This document shows, piece after piece, positions 45,080-54,048 of a stretch of 64,000 nt of DNA. Position 1 is the stretch's first letter; every line of letters begins with the position of its first letter. Location of the stretch: IMG/VR virus record IMGVR_UViG_3300021399_000099, positions 96,001 to 160,000 of that record; one strand, 5' to 3'. The stretch is from a virus. Taxonomy: Duplodnaviria; Caudoviricetes. The notes under the pieces were generated by a model that did no database searches, had not been told where the DNA came from, and saw only the letters and a list, made by a program, of their open reading frames with translations. A program made the position numbers and the translations under genes.

Positions 45080-46303
45080 ATGGGAAAATACTTAACACTA
45101 TTTGGCACACATAGTTCTTACGAGGAATATATTGACGGACCGGATGCAATACTGCCGAACGTATCTTATTGTAAAGATGTAAAGGATGTACATTTTAATC
45201 CTGTACATCATTATTCTAAAGATTATTTAACTTTTAAAGTTATATCTGCAGGAACCATTGTTTGGAAAGCACAGAATTCCGCTTATACGACAACAATCGA
45301 ATATAGTTTAGATAGTGGGGAAACCTGGGCCGAGATTACTTCAAATACGGGGGATTCAGCACCTAGTATCTCTGTAAGTGCTGGAGATGTTGTTCAATTT
45401 AAAGGAGATAATGCAACTTATAGTTCCGGTTTTTCAAGGTGTAATTCTTTCAGTGCCTCGACAGCGAAGTTTGAAGCCGAAGGTAATATTATGTCACTTA
45501 TAGATAGTACTGGATATACAACAGCTACAACTCTTGCAAATAGTTATACATTCTATTATTTATTCCGTGAATGTACTGGTTTAACTTCTGCTGAAAATCT
45601 TGTATTACCTGCTACTACATTGGCAAACAATTGTTATCAAAATATGTTCATTCGTTGTACTGGGTTAACATCAGCACCTGAACTTCCTGCAACAACATTA
45701 GCTAATAATTGTTATGATGGTATGTTCTTTGGTTGTACAGGGCTAACATCAGCACCGGAACTTCCTGCTACTACATTGGCAACACAGTGTTATAATAATA
45801 TGTTCTATGGTTGTACAAGCCTCACAACAGCGCCCGAACTTCCTGCTACTACATTGGCAAACAATTGTTATCAAAGTATGTTCAAAGGTTGTACAAATTT
45901 AACTTCAGCGCCAGAACTTCCAACAACTACATTAGCACGTGCTTGTTATAATAGTATGTTCGGTGATTGTACATCATTAACTAAAGCACCTGAACTTCCC
46001 GCTACTACATTGGCAAGTAGTTGTTATGCGGTTATGTTCCAAGGTTGTACATCTTTAACTACCGCACCTGAATTACCCGCTACTACATTGGCAGAGAATT
46101 GTTATAGATATATGTTCAATGGTTGTACAAGTTTAAATTATATCAAGTGTCTTGCAACAGATATCTCTGCAACTGGTTGTATAACTAATTGGGTGAATGG
46201 CGTTTCATCAACAGGTACCTTCGTAAAAGCCGCCTCTATGTCATCTTGGACAACTGGCGTAGATGGTGTTCCTACAAACTGGTCAGTACAAGACGCATCG
46301 TAA
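45080..46303 (+). CDS. BspA-like leucine-rich-repeat adhesin
   Basis: Seven CTxLTxAPELPATTLAxxCYxxMFxG repeats; own late motif and terminator. Confidence 0.8.
   Translation: MGKYLTLFGTHSSYEEYIDGPDAILPNVSYCKDVKDVHFNPVHHYSKDYLTFKVISAGTIVWKAQNSAYTTTIEYSLDSGETWAEITSNTGDSAPSISVSAGDVVQFKGDNATYSSGFSRCNSFSASTAKFEAEGNIMSLIDSTGYTTATTLANSYTFYYLFRECTGLTSAENLVLPATTLANNCYQNMFIRCTGLTSAPELPATTLANNCYDGMFFGCTGLTSAPELPATTLATQCYNNMFYGCTSLTTAPELPATTLANNCYQSMFKGCTNLTSAPELPTTTLARACYNSMFGDCTSLTKAPELPATTLASSCYAVMFQGCTSLTTAPELPATTLAENCYRYMFNGCTSLNYIKCLATDISATGCITNWVNGVSSTGTFVKAASMSSWTTGVDGVPTNWSVQDAS
45572..46140 (+). repeat. Tandem 78-bp (26-aa) LRR coding repeats, about 7 copies
   Basis: gaacttcctgctactacattggca recurs at 78-bp spacing. 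Confidence 0.9.
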
Positions 46304-46327
46304 AAATACAAATAAGCAGTAAAAAAC

Positions 46328-46356
46328 AAGGACCTGAAACAAAATCAGGTCCTTTT
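46328..46356. terminator. Bidirectional terminator
   Basis: aaggacctga / tcaggtcctt between convergent genes. Confidence 0.8.
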
Positions 46357-46366
46357 CTTATTTTAT

Positions 46367-47029
46367 TTATCCATTTCCGGAAATCGCATTAAGCTTTTCA
46401 ATTGCTTCACGTCTGGTTCTTTCCTCGTTCTTGGCCAGTTGCATCTTCTCCCTTATCTGGGCCCATGAAACCGGTGTGTATCCATTGTTATCAACACCCA
46501 CGTCGTACTGGTTCCATTGGAGTTCCTTTCCGCCGGTCATAACGTTTCCAATCCCGTCAGGACCTGAGTGAATGTGCCCGAACAACTCTAAAACCTTGTG
46601 GTCCAGGTTGTTAGAGAAACTTAGGAACGGGAAGTGGTTAAGGATTACCGTCCATCCCTCAATGATAAGGATTTTTTGAAAGTCAATGCTGTCAAACCTT
46701 TCAACGAGCGTTCCTTCCCTGAATACTCTGTCCGGGTCGTGGTTTCCAAGAATGAGGTGGATATGCCCGTTAAGCCTCCCGGGTTCAAGACACCAGTTCC
46801 ACTTCTCAACATTACCGAAGCAGAAATCCCCGAGATTATATACATGGTCTTCCGGCCCAACAACGCTGTTCCAGTTATTTACAAGTGCCTCATTCATTTC
46901 CTCAACCGACCCGAAAGGCCTGTTGCAATACTTAAGGATGTTCTCGTGCCAGAAATGTAGGTCGCTAGAGAAGTAAATCTTTCCAACCTCTTCCGGTCTA
47001 ATCTTTGTTATGTAATCACTCTTGTTCAT
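46367..47029 (-). CDS. Calcineurin-like metallophosphoesterase
   Basis: SDLHF.H, LGDF, LGNHD, NHFP, FGHIH, DVGVD. Confidence 0.88.
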   Translation of the reverse strand: MNKSDYITKIRPEEVGKIYFSSDLHFWHENILKYCNRPFGSVEEMNEALVNNWNSVVGPEDHVYNLGDFCFGNVEKWNWCLEPGRLNGHIHLILGNHDPDRVFREGTLVERFDSIDFQKILIIEGWTVILNHFPFLSFSNNLDHKVLELFGHIHSGPDGIGNVMTGGKELQWNQYDVGVDNNGYTPVSWAQIREKMQLAKNEERTRREAIEKLNAISGNG

Positions 47030-47034
47030 AATCT

Positions 47035-47523
47035 TTAAACTTTTCTGTTCTTGTAATTGTCAATGGCCGCAGGAAGTATCCTCTTGTAATTCTCATCCTT
47101 AAAGAGCGGTGATGTAAGTATCATATCTGCTGTTGTCCTGTTCGTCGCAAATGCTATGTTATATAATGATGCAAGTCTTGTAAGAGCGGACACATCATTT
47201 TGATGCCCTTGCATAATAAGATTGTCACAGAAGAAAAACAATACATCAATCTTTCCTTCGGCAATCATTGCGCCAATCTGCTGGTCGCCACCGAGAGGCC
47301 CGCTGAGCAAACAAGTAACCTTTTCACATAATGGTAGTTCATATTGGGTGGGATTACCCCATTGGTCTCTTTCTATCGGCTGTGGGACTTTTATATTTTT
47401 AATTAATCTACCCGTTGTTCCTGTTGCAAACAAATTGTGGTTTTTTAACTCATTTATGTTGTACTTAACCCACTCAATCAACTCTTTCTTCCTTCCGTCG
47501 TGTGCTACTAATGCTATATTCAT
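47035..47523 (-). CDS. mgsA: Methylglyoxal synthase
   Basis: IALVAHD..K, ATGTTG, LSGPLGGDQQIG, FF.D......H..DV.AL.R; start trimmed to MNIALV. Confidence 0.9.
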   Translation of the reverse strand: MNIALVAHDGRKKELIEWVKYNINELKNHNLFATGTTGRLIKNIKVPQPIERDQWGNPTQYELPLCEKVTCLLSGPLGGDQQIGAMIAEGKIDVLFFFCDNLIMQGHQNDVSALTRLASLYNIAFATNRTTADMILTSPLFKDENYKRILPAAIDNYKNRKV

Positions 47524-47536
47524 ATCTAATTTCTCC

Positions 47537-47662
47537 TTATTCAATGTAAATGTACCACCACATAAACTGCCTTGTATATCCATTGTTAAACCACCAACAG
47601 AAATCGCGGCGCATTCCAAACTCTACCTTCCCAATCTTAAAACTAAAAAGATAATCACCCAT
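47537..47662 (-). CDS. Small aromatic-rich hypothetical protein (41 aa)
   Basis: Manual translation MGDYLFSFKIGKVEFGMRRDFCWWF...; fills gap. Confidence 0.45.
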   Translation of the reverse strand: MGDYLFSFKIGKVEFGMRRDFCWWFNNGYTRQFMWWYIYIE

Positions 47663-47663
47663 A

Positions 47664-48239
47664 TTATTTTATGCAATTTTTAAAAATCGATACCATTATG
47701 GAACTGTCAGTGAAACCGGACCGCCCATATGCCTCAATCTCAAACTGGGAGGTGGTCTTTTCAAGTTCGTTCAGTATTGCGGCAACGTTCTTAGGCGTAT
47801 ATTCAATCTTCTCCCCATGACCATTATATGTCACATACGCATACTTGGTCTTAATCTTCTTGCCAATGTATCCAAGAACGTCCTTCTGGGTGCCATATTC
47901 AGTGGTAACCTTTTCGCCCGTGTAGTCATATACCTTATACACGTACTTGGTGTCTGATTTGACTGAAGCCGGGAGCTTAATCTCCTCAACATAAACGTCG
48001 TCACTGAAAAACGCATTGCTGGCATTCCTTGTACCCTGGTCAGCGAGAATGGACTTTACATTGTCGGCATATTTCTTCTCGTGCTTCCAATATTCCTTCT
48101 GGTCCATATTCGTGATTACCTTTTCGGCCTCGTCCTTCTTGCAGACAAAGTTATTAAGGATTTTTATGTTACGATAGTCCCAAGTTGAATTGGGCTCCAC
48201 AACTTCCAGGGATATTATTTTTTCCTTTTTTCTGGGCAT
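47664..48239 (-). CDS. hypothetical protein
   Basis: Start trimmed to MPRKKEK. Confidence 0.7.
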   Translation of the reverse strand: MPRKKEKIISLEVVEPNSTWDYRNIKILNNFVCKKDEAEKVITNMDQKEYWKHEKKYADNVKSILADQGTRNASNAFFSDDVYVEEIKLPASVKSDTKYVYKVYDYTGEKVTTEYGTQKDVLGYIGKKIKTKYAYVTYNGHGEKIEYTPKNVAAILNELEKTTSQFEIEAYGRSGFTDSSIMVSIFKNCIK

Positions 48240-48284
48240 TTTTATTATTTCCTTATATTTATGTATGATAAAAAGTTTTAACCT

Positions 48285-48437
48285 ATGGCATGTGCATGTA
48301 AAAACAAAGCTGCTAACAACGCCCAAGTAACAAAGGTAAAGCAGGTCGTAAAGACCAAGAACGTTACCCCTTCGGCTGCAGCATCTCAAACCGGTCATAA
48401 AGTAACGAAGAGAGTAATCTACCGCCGCTCTGTATGA
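48285..48437 (+). CDS. Small basic protein (50 aa, MACACKNKAANNAQVTKVKQVVKTK...RVIYRRSV)
   Basis: Manual translation; TATTTAT motif at 48256 just upstream. Confidence 0.65.
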   Translation: MACACKNKAANNAQVTKVKQVVKTKNVTPSAAASQTGHKVTKRVIYRRSV

Positions 48438-48457
48438 AGGGGTGAGGACCCACGCGT

Positions 48458-48835
48458 TTAATCCTGGGTCTGGTCAAACAAGGCCTCGTATTCTTCCTTT
48501 GTTATCTCATTCCCATCGGCGTCATAATATGCCTCGCCGTACTCGTATGAGTTGTCGTCTCCAATAGATGCCCAAGAACATTTCGAAGGCGTCTTTTTTA
48601 TTTCTCCCTCAATCCAAGCCGATGGAATATTGATTGTTTGTTCCGGCAGGGCATCAAGAATACAGGACAACTGCTGAAGTGTTCCAACCATAAGTCCTTC
48701 CATACGGAATAAAGCCTTCCTTTCACCGTCCTCGTCTTTTTTTCCCGGAGTCCTGGCGTTTATTAGGTCGGTAATGCAGGAATCAATATCATTGTAGAGT
48801 TCCTGAGTTGATTGTCTTAATTTAATAAGTTCCAT
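48458..48835 (-). CDS. hypothetical protein
   Basis: ORF tiles operon. Confidence 0.65.
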   Translation of the reverse strand: MELIKLRQSTQELYNDIDSCITDLINARTPGKKDEDGERKALFRMEGLMVGTLQQLSCILDALPEQTINIPSAWIEGEIKKTPSKCSWASIGDDNSYEYGEAYYDADGNEITKEEYEALFDQTQD

Positions 48836-48838
48836 ATG

Positions 48839-49597
48839 CTACAACTTTTCAAGGTCATCGTGAAGTTCTGCAATCCCGTCAGCCACCATAACATATCCAA
48901 ATTCTCTTAATATTGCTTCGGCGGTCGATAAATCATCCATCTGCACCTCGCTGGGCTTCCAAGAAGGATAGAGGGCTTTGAGCCAACCTATTAGTTTTTC
49001 CTTTTCCTCCCTGCTAATCAATCGTTCCGTTCTCCACCAATTTTGTACATATGACGCTTCGACAAGAATTGCAGCGATTCTGTTAAGATTGTTTATATCC
49101 TCCTCGCTCCACTCTTGCTTTGACTGAGGGCGGAGAGATTTTAATTTTTCAAGTATGCCATTTCGTGTAATGTTATATTTCGCAAGTTCTTCTTCTGGTA
49201 TCCAAGCCGTAAATCCCCATAGCATCTTCTCATCCTCCTCGCTCCACTCTGCAGGCTGCGGGTCAATAACATTGATATGCTTTTTCAGCCAATTGTCAAT
49301 CTGGTATTGAGTAATGCCAAAATGAACAACCCCATCGCGAATTGCCTCGTCTGAAATAACGGGCTTCTGCTCTTTCAGTCTTTCAAGATAAGCACGAATT
49401 GCAGGAACATCTTCTATTGCCACACAACTAGACCGGCCTTTATCCCAATCGTAACAGCAGCGGAGTATTATCTGTCTTATTCTCTCATCTTCGCTCTCCT
49501 TCAATTCAATGACAACCTTACCACCTTCAATTCTGGCTTCGTAACCTTCGGGAATTTCATACTCGTATCTCTTGGGTATATTTGTATTGTTATTCAT
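48839..49597 (-). CDS. Phage hypothetical protein, paralog family C (EIPEGY.ARIEG.KV..E.KESEDE..R; EWSEED repeats)
   Basis: N-terminus shared with 61429..62085. Confidence 0.75.
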   Translation of the reverse strand: MNNNTNIPKRYEYEIPEGYEARIEGGKVVIELKESEDERIRQIILRCCYDWDKGRSSCVAIEDVPAIRAYLERLKEQKPVISDEAIRDGVVHFGITQYQIDNWLKKHINVIDPQPAEWSEEDEKMLWGFTAWIPEEELAKYNITRNGILEKLKSLRPQSKQEWSEEDINNLNRIAAILVEASYVQNWWRTERLISREEKEKLIGWLKALYPSWKPSEVQMDDLSTAEAILREFGYVMVADGIAELHDDLEKL

Positions 49598-49599
49598 AT

Positions 49600-49995
49600 C
49601 TACTTTTTTCTTTTAAAATCCTCTTTTAGTTCTTCCAGCTTTCGAAGTTCCTTAATGTGGTCCGGCTTGAGAAACTCTTCCATAACTTCAGATTTGCAAA
49701 TCAATGTCGAAATCAAATCCTCACTCATTGCAAGAAGCTCAAACATTTCATCACCGAAGTCATCCCAATCAACTTCGTGCGGATAGTTCTCCGACTCGGC
49801 AATCTTGCTCTCAAAATATTTCAGCCGCAAAATCAAAAGACGGCTTAGGATTACCGCACGATAGGAAATGCTGTCCGTTTCGTGGTATAGTTTCCAGAGT
49901 TCGTCTTTTGACTTTTCTTGTTCATTGCTGCTGCAGCTTACGTGGGCCACCTTTAAAATCCTAGGAAATAATTTTCCCCATTTCCACCAACTCAT
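49600..49995 (-). CDS. hypothetical protein
   Basis: ORF with upstream sigma54-like motif. Confidence 0.6.
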   Translation of the reverse strand: MSWWKWGKLFPRILKVAHVSCSSNEQEKSKDELWKLYHETDSISYRAVILSRLLILRLKYFESKIAESENYPHEVDWDDFGDEMFELLAMSEDLISTLICKSEVMEEFLKPDHIKELRKLEELKEDFKRKK

Positions 49996-50019
49996 AATTT
50001 TAACTTTTCTTATTGCATA

Positions 50020-50039
50020 TGCAAATATTGTGCCAAACT
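50020..50039 (-). promoter_or_regulatory. sigma54-like motif (AGTTTGGCACAATATTTGCA)
   Basis: -24/-12 spacing conserved. Confidence 0.7.
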
Positions 50040-50257
50040 CAGTTTTTCAAGAAGAAAATAAGCAACGCAATTAAAATGAGTACGACCAAACCACCGGTAA
50101 TCCAAAGCGGAGACAGGACCCATAACCAAGACCACTCAATTATATGACAAAGTTTCAGTACAATGAACGCAATTGTCAAAAGACCGATAAACCCAATGCC
50201 ACCGGAAGCTGATGCGTGGCTGGTGCTGCTACTACTGTTGTTAATATAGGTTCCCAT
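50039..50257 (-). CDS. Small phage transmembrane protein (GIGF.GLLTI.FIVLKL...I.WSW.WVLSPLW)
   Basis: Common phage membrane-protein signature. Confidence 0.75.
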   Translation of the reverse strand: MGTYINNSSSSTSHASASGGIGFIGLLTIAFIVLKLCHIIEWSWLWVLSPLWITGGLVVLILIALLIFFLKN

Positions 50258-50258
50258 A

Positions 50259-50933
50259 CTATTTCTTTGTTATGATTTTATCTACTAGACCATAATCAAC
50301 AGATTCTTGGGCATTAAACCAATGGTCTCTGTCAGCATCCTTCTCAATCTCCTCAAAGGACTTGCCGGTATTTACAGCAAGAATGTTGTAAAGGGTATTC
50401 TGTATCTTCTGGCTTTCTTTTGCGGCAATCTGAAGGTCGGCATTCTGTACGCGACCAGTAGCCGAGCTCACCTGGTGTATCATCACACTACCGTTTGGAA
50501 GGATAAAACGCTTACCTTTTGCACCGGACGACACAAGGATTGAGCCCATAGAGGCACACATACCCATACAATAAGTGGAGACATCCGGGTCAATAAAGTT
50601 CATTACGTCATAGATTGCAAGTCCGTCGATGCAGCTGCCGCCTGGAGAATTAATGAACATCTTAATATCCTCTTCCTTATCGGTAATTGAATTAAGATAG
50701 AGAAGCTGGGCGTTAATGATATTGGCCACGTCCTCGTTAATTTCGCTCCCAAGAAAAATTATCTTGTCATACATTAATCGGGAAAACACAGACATCGGGG
50801 CGCAATTCAGTGTCCTTTCCTCAAGGATATATGGTTCAATAATTCCGTTTCTCAGGTTATATTTTGCATAACCGTCAAGTTTGTTGGTGCCAATGCCCTG
50901 CGACATGGCGAATTTTTCAAAATCTGTCATCAT
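50259..50933 (-). CDS. clpP: ATP-dependent Clp protease proteolytic subunit
   Basis: VFSRLM.D.IIFLG, INSPGG, GMCASMG (Ser), MIHQ (His), DRDHW (Asp). Confidence 0.95.
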   Translation of the reverse strand: MMTDFEKFAMSQGIGTNKLDGYAKYNLRNGIIEPYILEERTLNCAPMSVFSRLMYDKIIFLGSEINEDVANIINAQLLYLNSITDKEEDIKMFINSPGGSCIDGLAIYDVMNFIDPDVSTYCMGMCASMGSILVSSGAKGKRFILPNGSVMIHQVSSATGRVQNADLQIAAKESQKIQNTLYNILAVNTGKSFEEIEKDADRDHWFNAQESVDYGLVDKIITKK

Positions 50934-50946
50934 AATTTATTGTTTT

Positions 50947-51783
50947 TTAAGGATTTAATAAAATTTCTTCGTTATTATCTACTGCATCAAGGTCCGTGAT
51001 GGTATATTTATAAAAGCACGTCGTCTTGTTCGGGGTCTCAACGAATTCAAAGCCACCCGTCTCAACATCATATAACACAAATCCGTGGCCAGAAACCGTT
51101 TCACCGTAGTTTTTCTGCTTAAGACTTGAACAATACACGATATTCGTTCCATTGCCCGGGATTACTTGCTGTTTATGTATATGTCCGGCAATCACAAAAT
51201 CCGTACCATCGAATAGATTGACATTTAACGCGTTCTCGGAAACCATATTGGTAGGTGTTGTGGCCCCGTTTATTTCGCCGTGAATGAGACCGATATATTT
51301 CACATTGCTATCTTGCCTTGTCTCCTTGTCCGCTACGAACCCGGGCTTTTCAAAACTGGTAAATGTTGAATAAAGGCACCACACCACATTATCGTCCTTT
51401 ACAAACCCAGACTTATATCCAAACTCCATATCCAGGTATCTTGTGTGCTTGAAAGTCGCCATTTCAAATATTGGAGTTATGCTGTCCATCTTTGAAAGGT
51501 TTTGCAGGTTAAGGTCGTGGTTTCCGGCGATTACAATGGTGGGGCATATATCATCAAGCTCCTGTAAGAACCAGTATCCGGCAAGAAGCCCCTCATTTGA
51601 TATCGTTATCTTATCATCAAAGAGGTCTCCCCCGACTACAATCCTTACATATTCTGGACCTCCGGCTTCTTCCACAATCTTCTTTGCCTGACCGAAAAAT
51701 GTCTGTGCAACATCTTTTAAGTCATCCAGCCCCTTAAAATTAGGGATATGAATATCAGCTATGCCTATTATCTTCTTTATCAT
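50947..51783 (-). CDS. SbcD/Mre11 (T4 gp47)-like recombination nuclease
   Basis: IADIHI, GGDLFD, AGNHD, HG, AGHIHKQQ, Y.SSL.Q.NYGE. Confidence 0.82.
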   Translation of the reverse strand: MIKKIIGIADIHIPNFKGLDDLKDVAQTFFGQAKKIVEEAGGPEYVRIVVGGDLFDDKITISNEGLLAGYWFLQELDDICPTIVIAGNHDLNLQNLSKMDSITPIFEMATFKHTRYLDMEFGYKSGFVKDDNVVWCLYSTFTSFEKPGFVADKETRQDSNVKYIGLIHGEINGATTPTNMVSENALNVNLFDGTDFVIAGHIHKQQVIPGNGTNIVYCSSLKQKNYGETVSGHGFVLYDVETGGFEFVETPNKTTCFYKYTITDLDAVDNNEEILLNP

Positions 51784-52148
51784 TGTTTTTCTTCCTTACT
51801 TTTAAAATAAGTTATTAATTCATTGATGGCTTTTTCAACTATAATTTTAGTGATTTCCGGTTTAACTCCAAATAACATATCAAAAGAAATCTGTCTTTGG
51901 GCCATTAATGGGACTTTTTCTAATGGGGTGTTGATTTTGGTTTTCCCTACAATAAGTAAAAAACAAAGTTCCCAATCCCACGAAAAACGCACCTCATAAT
52001 TTTTATTCCCGTCTTTGATGCTTGTCCATGGGCCGGTTTCTATTTCTTTGCCATTATAATCAATCATTTTTTTGTAATATATGTCATAACCGAAAAGCTT
52101 CCCATCTTTGGATATATTGTCTAAGTCAATCGTTATCATAATTACCAC
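51780..52148 (-). CDS. hypothetical protein
   Basis: ORF tiles operon. Confidence 0.6.
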   Translation of the reverse strand: MVIMITIDLDNISKDGKLFGYDIYYKKMIDYNGKEIETGPWTSIKDGNKNYEVRFSWDWELCFLLIVGKTKINTPLEKVPLMAQRQISFDMLFGVKPEITKIIVEKAINELITYFKSKEEKQ

Positions 52149-52462
52149 TTGTCGTCAAATATGCAACCCCTGATACCATAAAGATTATGATAGTGAGTAC
52201 ATGCTTCTTCGAAATTTTTCTGACTTTTCTCCTTGTCCCCAGAAACTTCCCAAAAGAAACACGCCTTATTTTCGGTGTTCTCAAAATCAACGAATTCTTT
52301 TTCGTTGTCCTTAACAGTTTGCAAATTCGTGTTAAGATACGGACAACCCAAAAGGTTTTCACCGAGCGGGTCTCCACCATCTATGACTTCCATCAGCCGA
52401 AGTGTTTTTCCTTCGCGTTCTATTTCAATGCCATAAGCATCATCGTTTTTATAAATTGCCAT
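52142..52462 (-). CDS. hypothetical protein
   Basis: ORF tiles operon. Confidence 0.6.
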   Translation of the reverse strand: MAIYKNDDAYGIEIEREGKTLRLMEVIDGGDPLGENLLGCPYLNTNLQTVKDNEKEFVDFENTENKACFFWEVSGDKEKSQKNFEEACTHYHNLYGIRGCIFDDKW

Positions 52463-52464
52463 AT

Positions 52465-53472
52465 TTAAACTAATAACTCTATCTCGCTGAACTCCTTGAC
52501 TTGTCTGAATGCCTTAATCATCCCCTGCTTGCCCGCGGCTTCGTATATCTCACCGAAGTCCTTGTATGGTATCTCGTCCGTCCCAAGTCTCAAGTATCTT
52601 ATTTTTCCACGTAACCTACCGATATTCAATAAGTTATATATCCTCTTCGTTTCACTCAGTTCTGTATCTCCATCAAGGCAGATTACTATGTTCGCCCGGG
52701 CCCTATCATATAACTCCTGGAATATTTTCGTGTCCTTTGAGAGCGTCTTTCCTAAAAGTGCGATTGAATTCGGGTAATAAAGGCAGTCAAGGGCGCCCTC
52801 ACACAGATATATTGTTGCATCCCACTGTATAAGACTCTCCTGGAATACGATTTCGTTCTTGTCGTTCTTTGAGTTCCAGTATTTCATCTTTTTGGGGTTG
52901 CCGCTGAAATCTCTTCCAACCCAATAGTTAAGGTCTCCAGCACTATCGTATGAGGGTATTATAATCCGGTCCCTCATCTGCCATTTCTCTTCATCCCAGG
53001 TTGTATAGCCGATATTATGCTGGTCTATAATGTCTTGCGTAATGTGTCGCTTTTTAAGATATTCAACAAGCTTTTTCTTACGACATTTTGACAGGTCTAT
53101 CTTCGTAAATGTATCGGGTAACTTAATGTAATCGTTCAAGTAAGCATTCTCAGCCATATCCTTGAACAACCCGATATTGTAGTACTTACTTTCCTTGATG
53201 TCCTTTACGGCAGCATAATAGTCCTTGAGGGCTTCAGTACCGCCATATTCTTTTACCAGACGAGATATTGGACCGGAAAATCCGCACCGCCAACAATGAC
53301 ATTTACCCAACGAGAATGAGGTTTCCATATTTTTCTTCCCGTCAGGTACGCCACCGTTTTCCTCGGCACACTCCGGGCAATCCCATTGATACTGTGAGGT
53401 ACCGTTGTCAAAGAACCCCTGTTTGCTCTCTCCAAGGAAACCGGCTAATATGTTGTAAATCCTGCTAAACAT
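52465..53472 (-). CDS. DnaG-type DNA primase
   Basis: CPEC...CHCWRC zinc finger, YL.KR.I, RIIIP, GR, CEG.LD, LDGD Toprim, KD.GE; start likely MFSRIY. Confidence 0.88.
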   Translation of the reverse strand: MFSRIYNILAGFLGESKQGFFDNGTSQYQWDCPECAEENGGVPDGKKNMETSFSLGKCHCWRCGFSGPISRLVKEYGGTEALKDYYAAVKDIKESKYYNIGLFKDMAENAYLNDYIKLPDTFTKIDLSKCRKKKLVEYLKKRHITQDIIDQHNIGYTTWDEEKWQMRDRIIIPSYDSAGDLNYWVGRDFSGNPKKMKYWNSKNDKNEIVFQESLIQWDATIYLCEGALDCLYYPNSIALLGKTLSKDTKIFQELYDRARANIVICLDGDTELSETKRIYNLLNIGRLRGKIRYLRLGTDEIPYKDFGEIYEAAGKQGMIKAFRQVKEFSEIELLV

Positions 53473-53482
53473 ATACAACATA

Positions 53483-53510
53483 ATAATACAAACAATTATT
53501 GTAAAAACAA
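53483..53510 (-). promoter_or_regulatory. sigma70-like promoter TTGTTT-N16-TATTAT upstream of primase
   Basis: Matches recurrent motif. Confidence 0.55.
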
Positions 53511-53556
53511 AACGAGCCGCACTTTCGTGTAGCTCGTCGTTAGGTATGTGTAAATA

Positions 53557-54027
53557 TTAATATTCCCCGCAGTTTCCGTCATCGTAAGTCCTGAAGCCCT
53601 CGTTCTCGGTCATCTGGTAGGTCTTATAGAGTTTTCTTCCACCGATACGGACAGATACACCCATTTCAAGGAAAGTGACCTGGAAACGACCATCAACCCT
53701 CTTTTCAAGTTCATAGTAACCTGTATAATCGGCAGGATATTCAAGCCCCTGCATCTCCTTGCTCTCATCATGCACGATGTACCTGGTCTTGCCTGCGGTC
53801 ATGGCCTCCTTGATAGCGGGGGTCAGTTCAGCAAATTCAAGGAGTTCCTTTGCTGGCATAAGCTGACCAGACCTGGATATAATAATCTGTGGGCCATAAA
53901 AATATGACCATCTACCATCTTCTTCCCTTACCGTATAATATGTATTCGGGCTGGTATTATCACCAAGGGCGTTATATTGGGCCCTGGTACCTCTCCAAAA
54001 TGAAATTTTATTGTTTGTTAATGCCAT
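53557..54027 (-). CDS. Probable virion/tail-associated protein
   Basis: FWRGTRAQYNAL....PNTYY tail-fibre-type motif; in operon behind late motif 55439. Confidence 0.5.
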   Translation of the reverse strand: MALTNNKISFWRGTRAQYNALGDNTSPNTYYTVREEDGRWSYFYGPQIIISRSGQLMPAKELLEFAELTPAIKEAMTAGKTRYIVHDESKEMQGLEYPADYTGYYELEKRVDGRFQVTFLEMGVSVRIGGRKLYKTYQMTENEGFRTYDDGNCGEY

Positions 54028-54048
54028 AAGTATCAATATATTAGCAAT

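Noticed and set aside
47664-48398. Track ORF start at 48398 (also extended starts at 3200, 10745, 24893, 27013, 28320, 35780, 47619, 58032, 61413)
   Set aside because: The extensions run through promoter motifs or neighbouring genes; downstream ATGs fit better.
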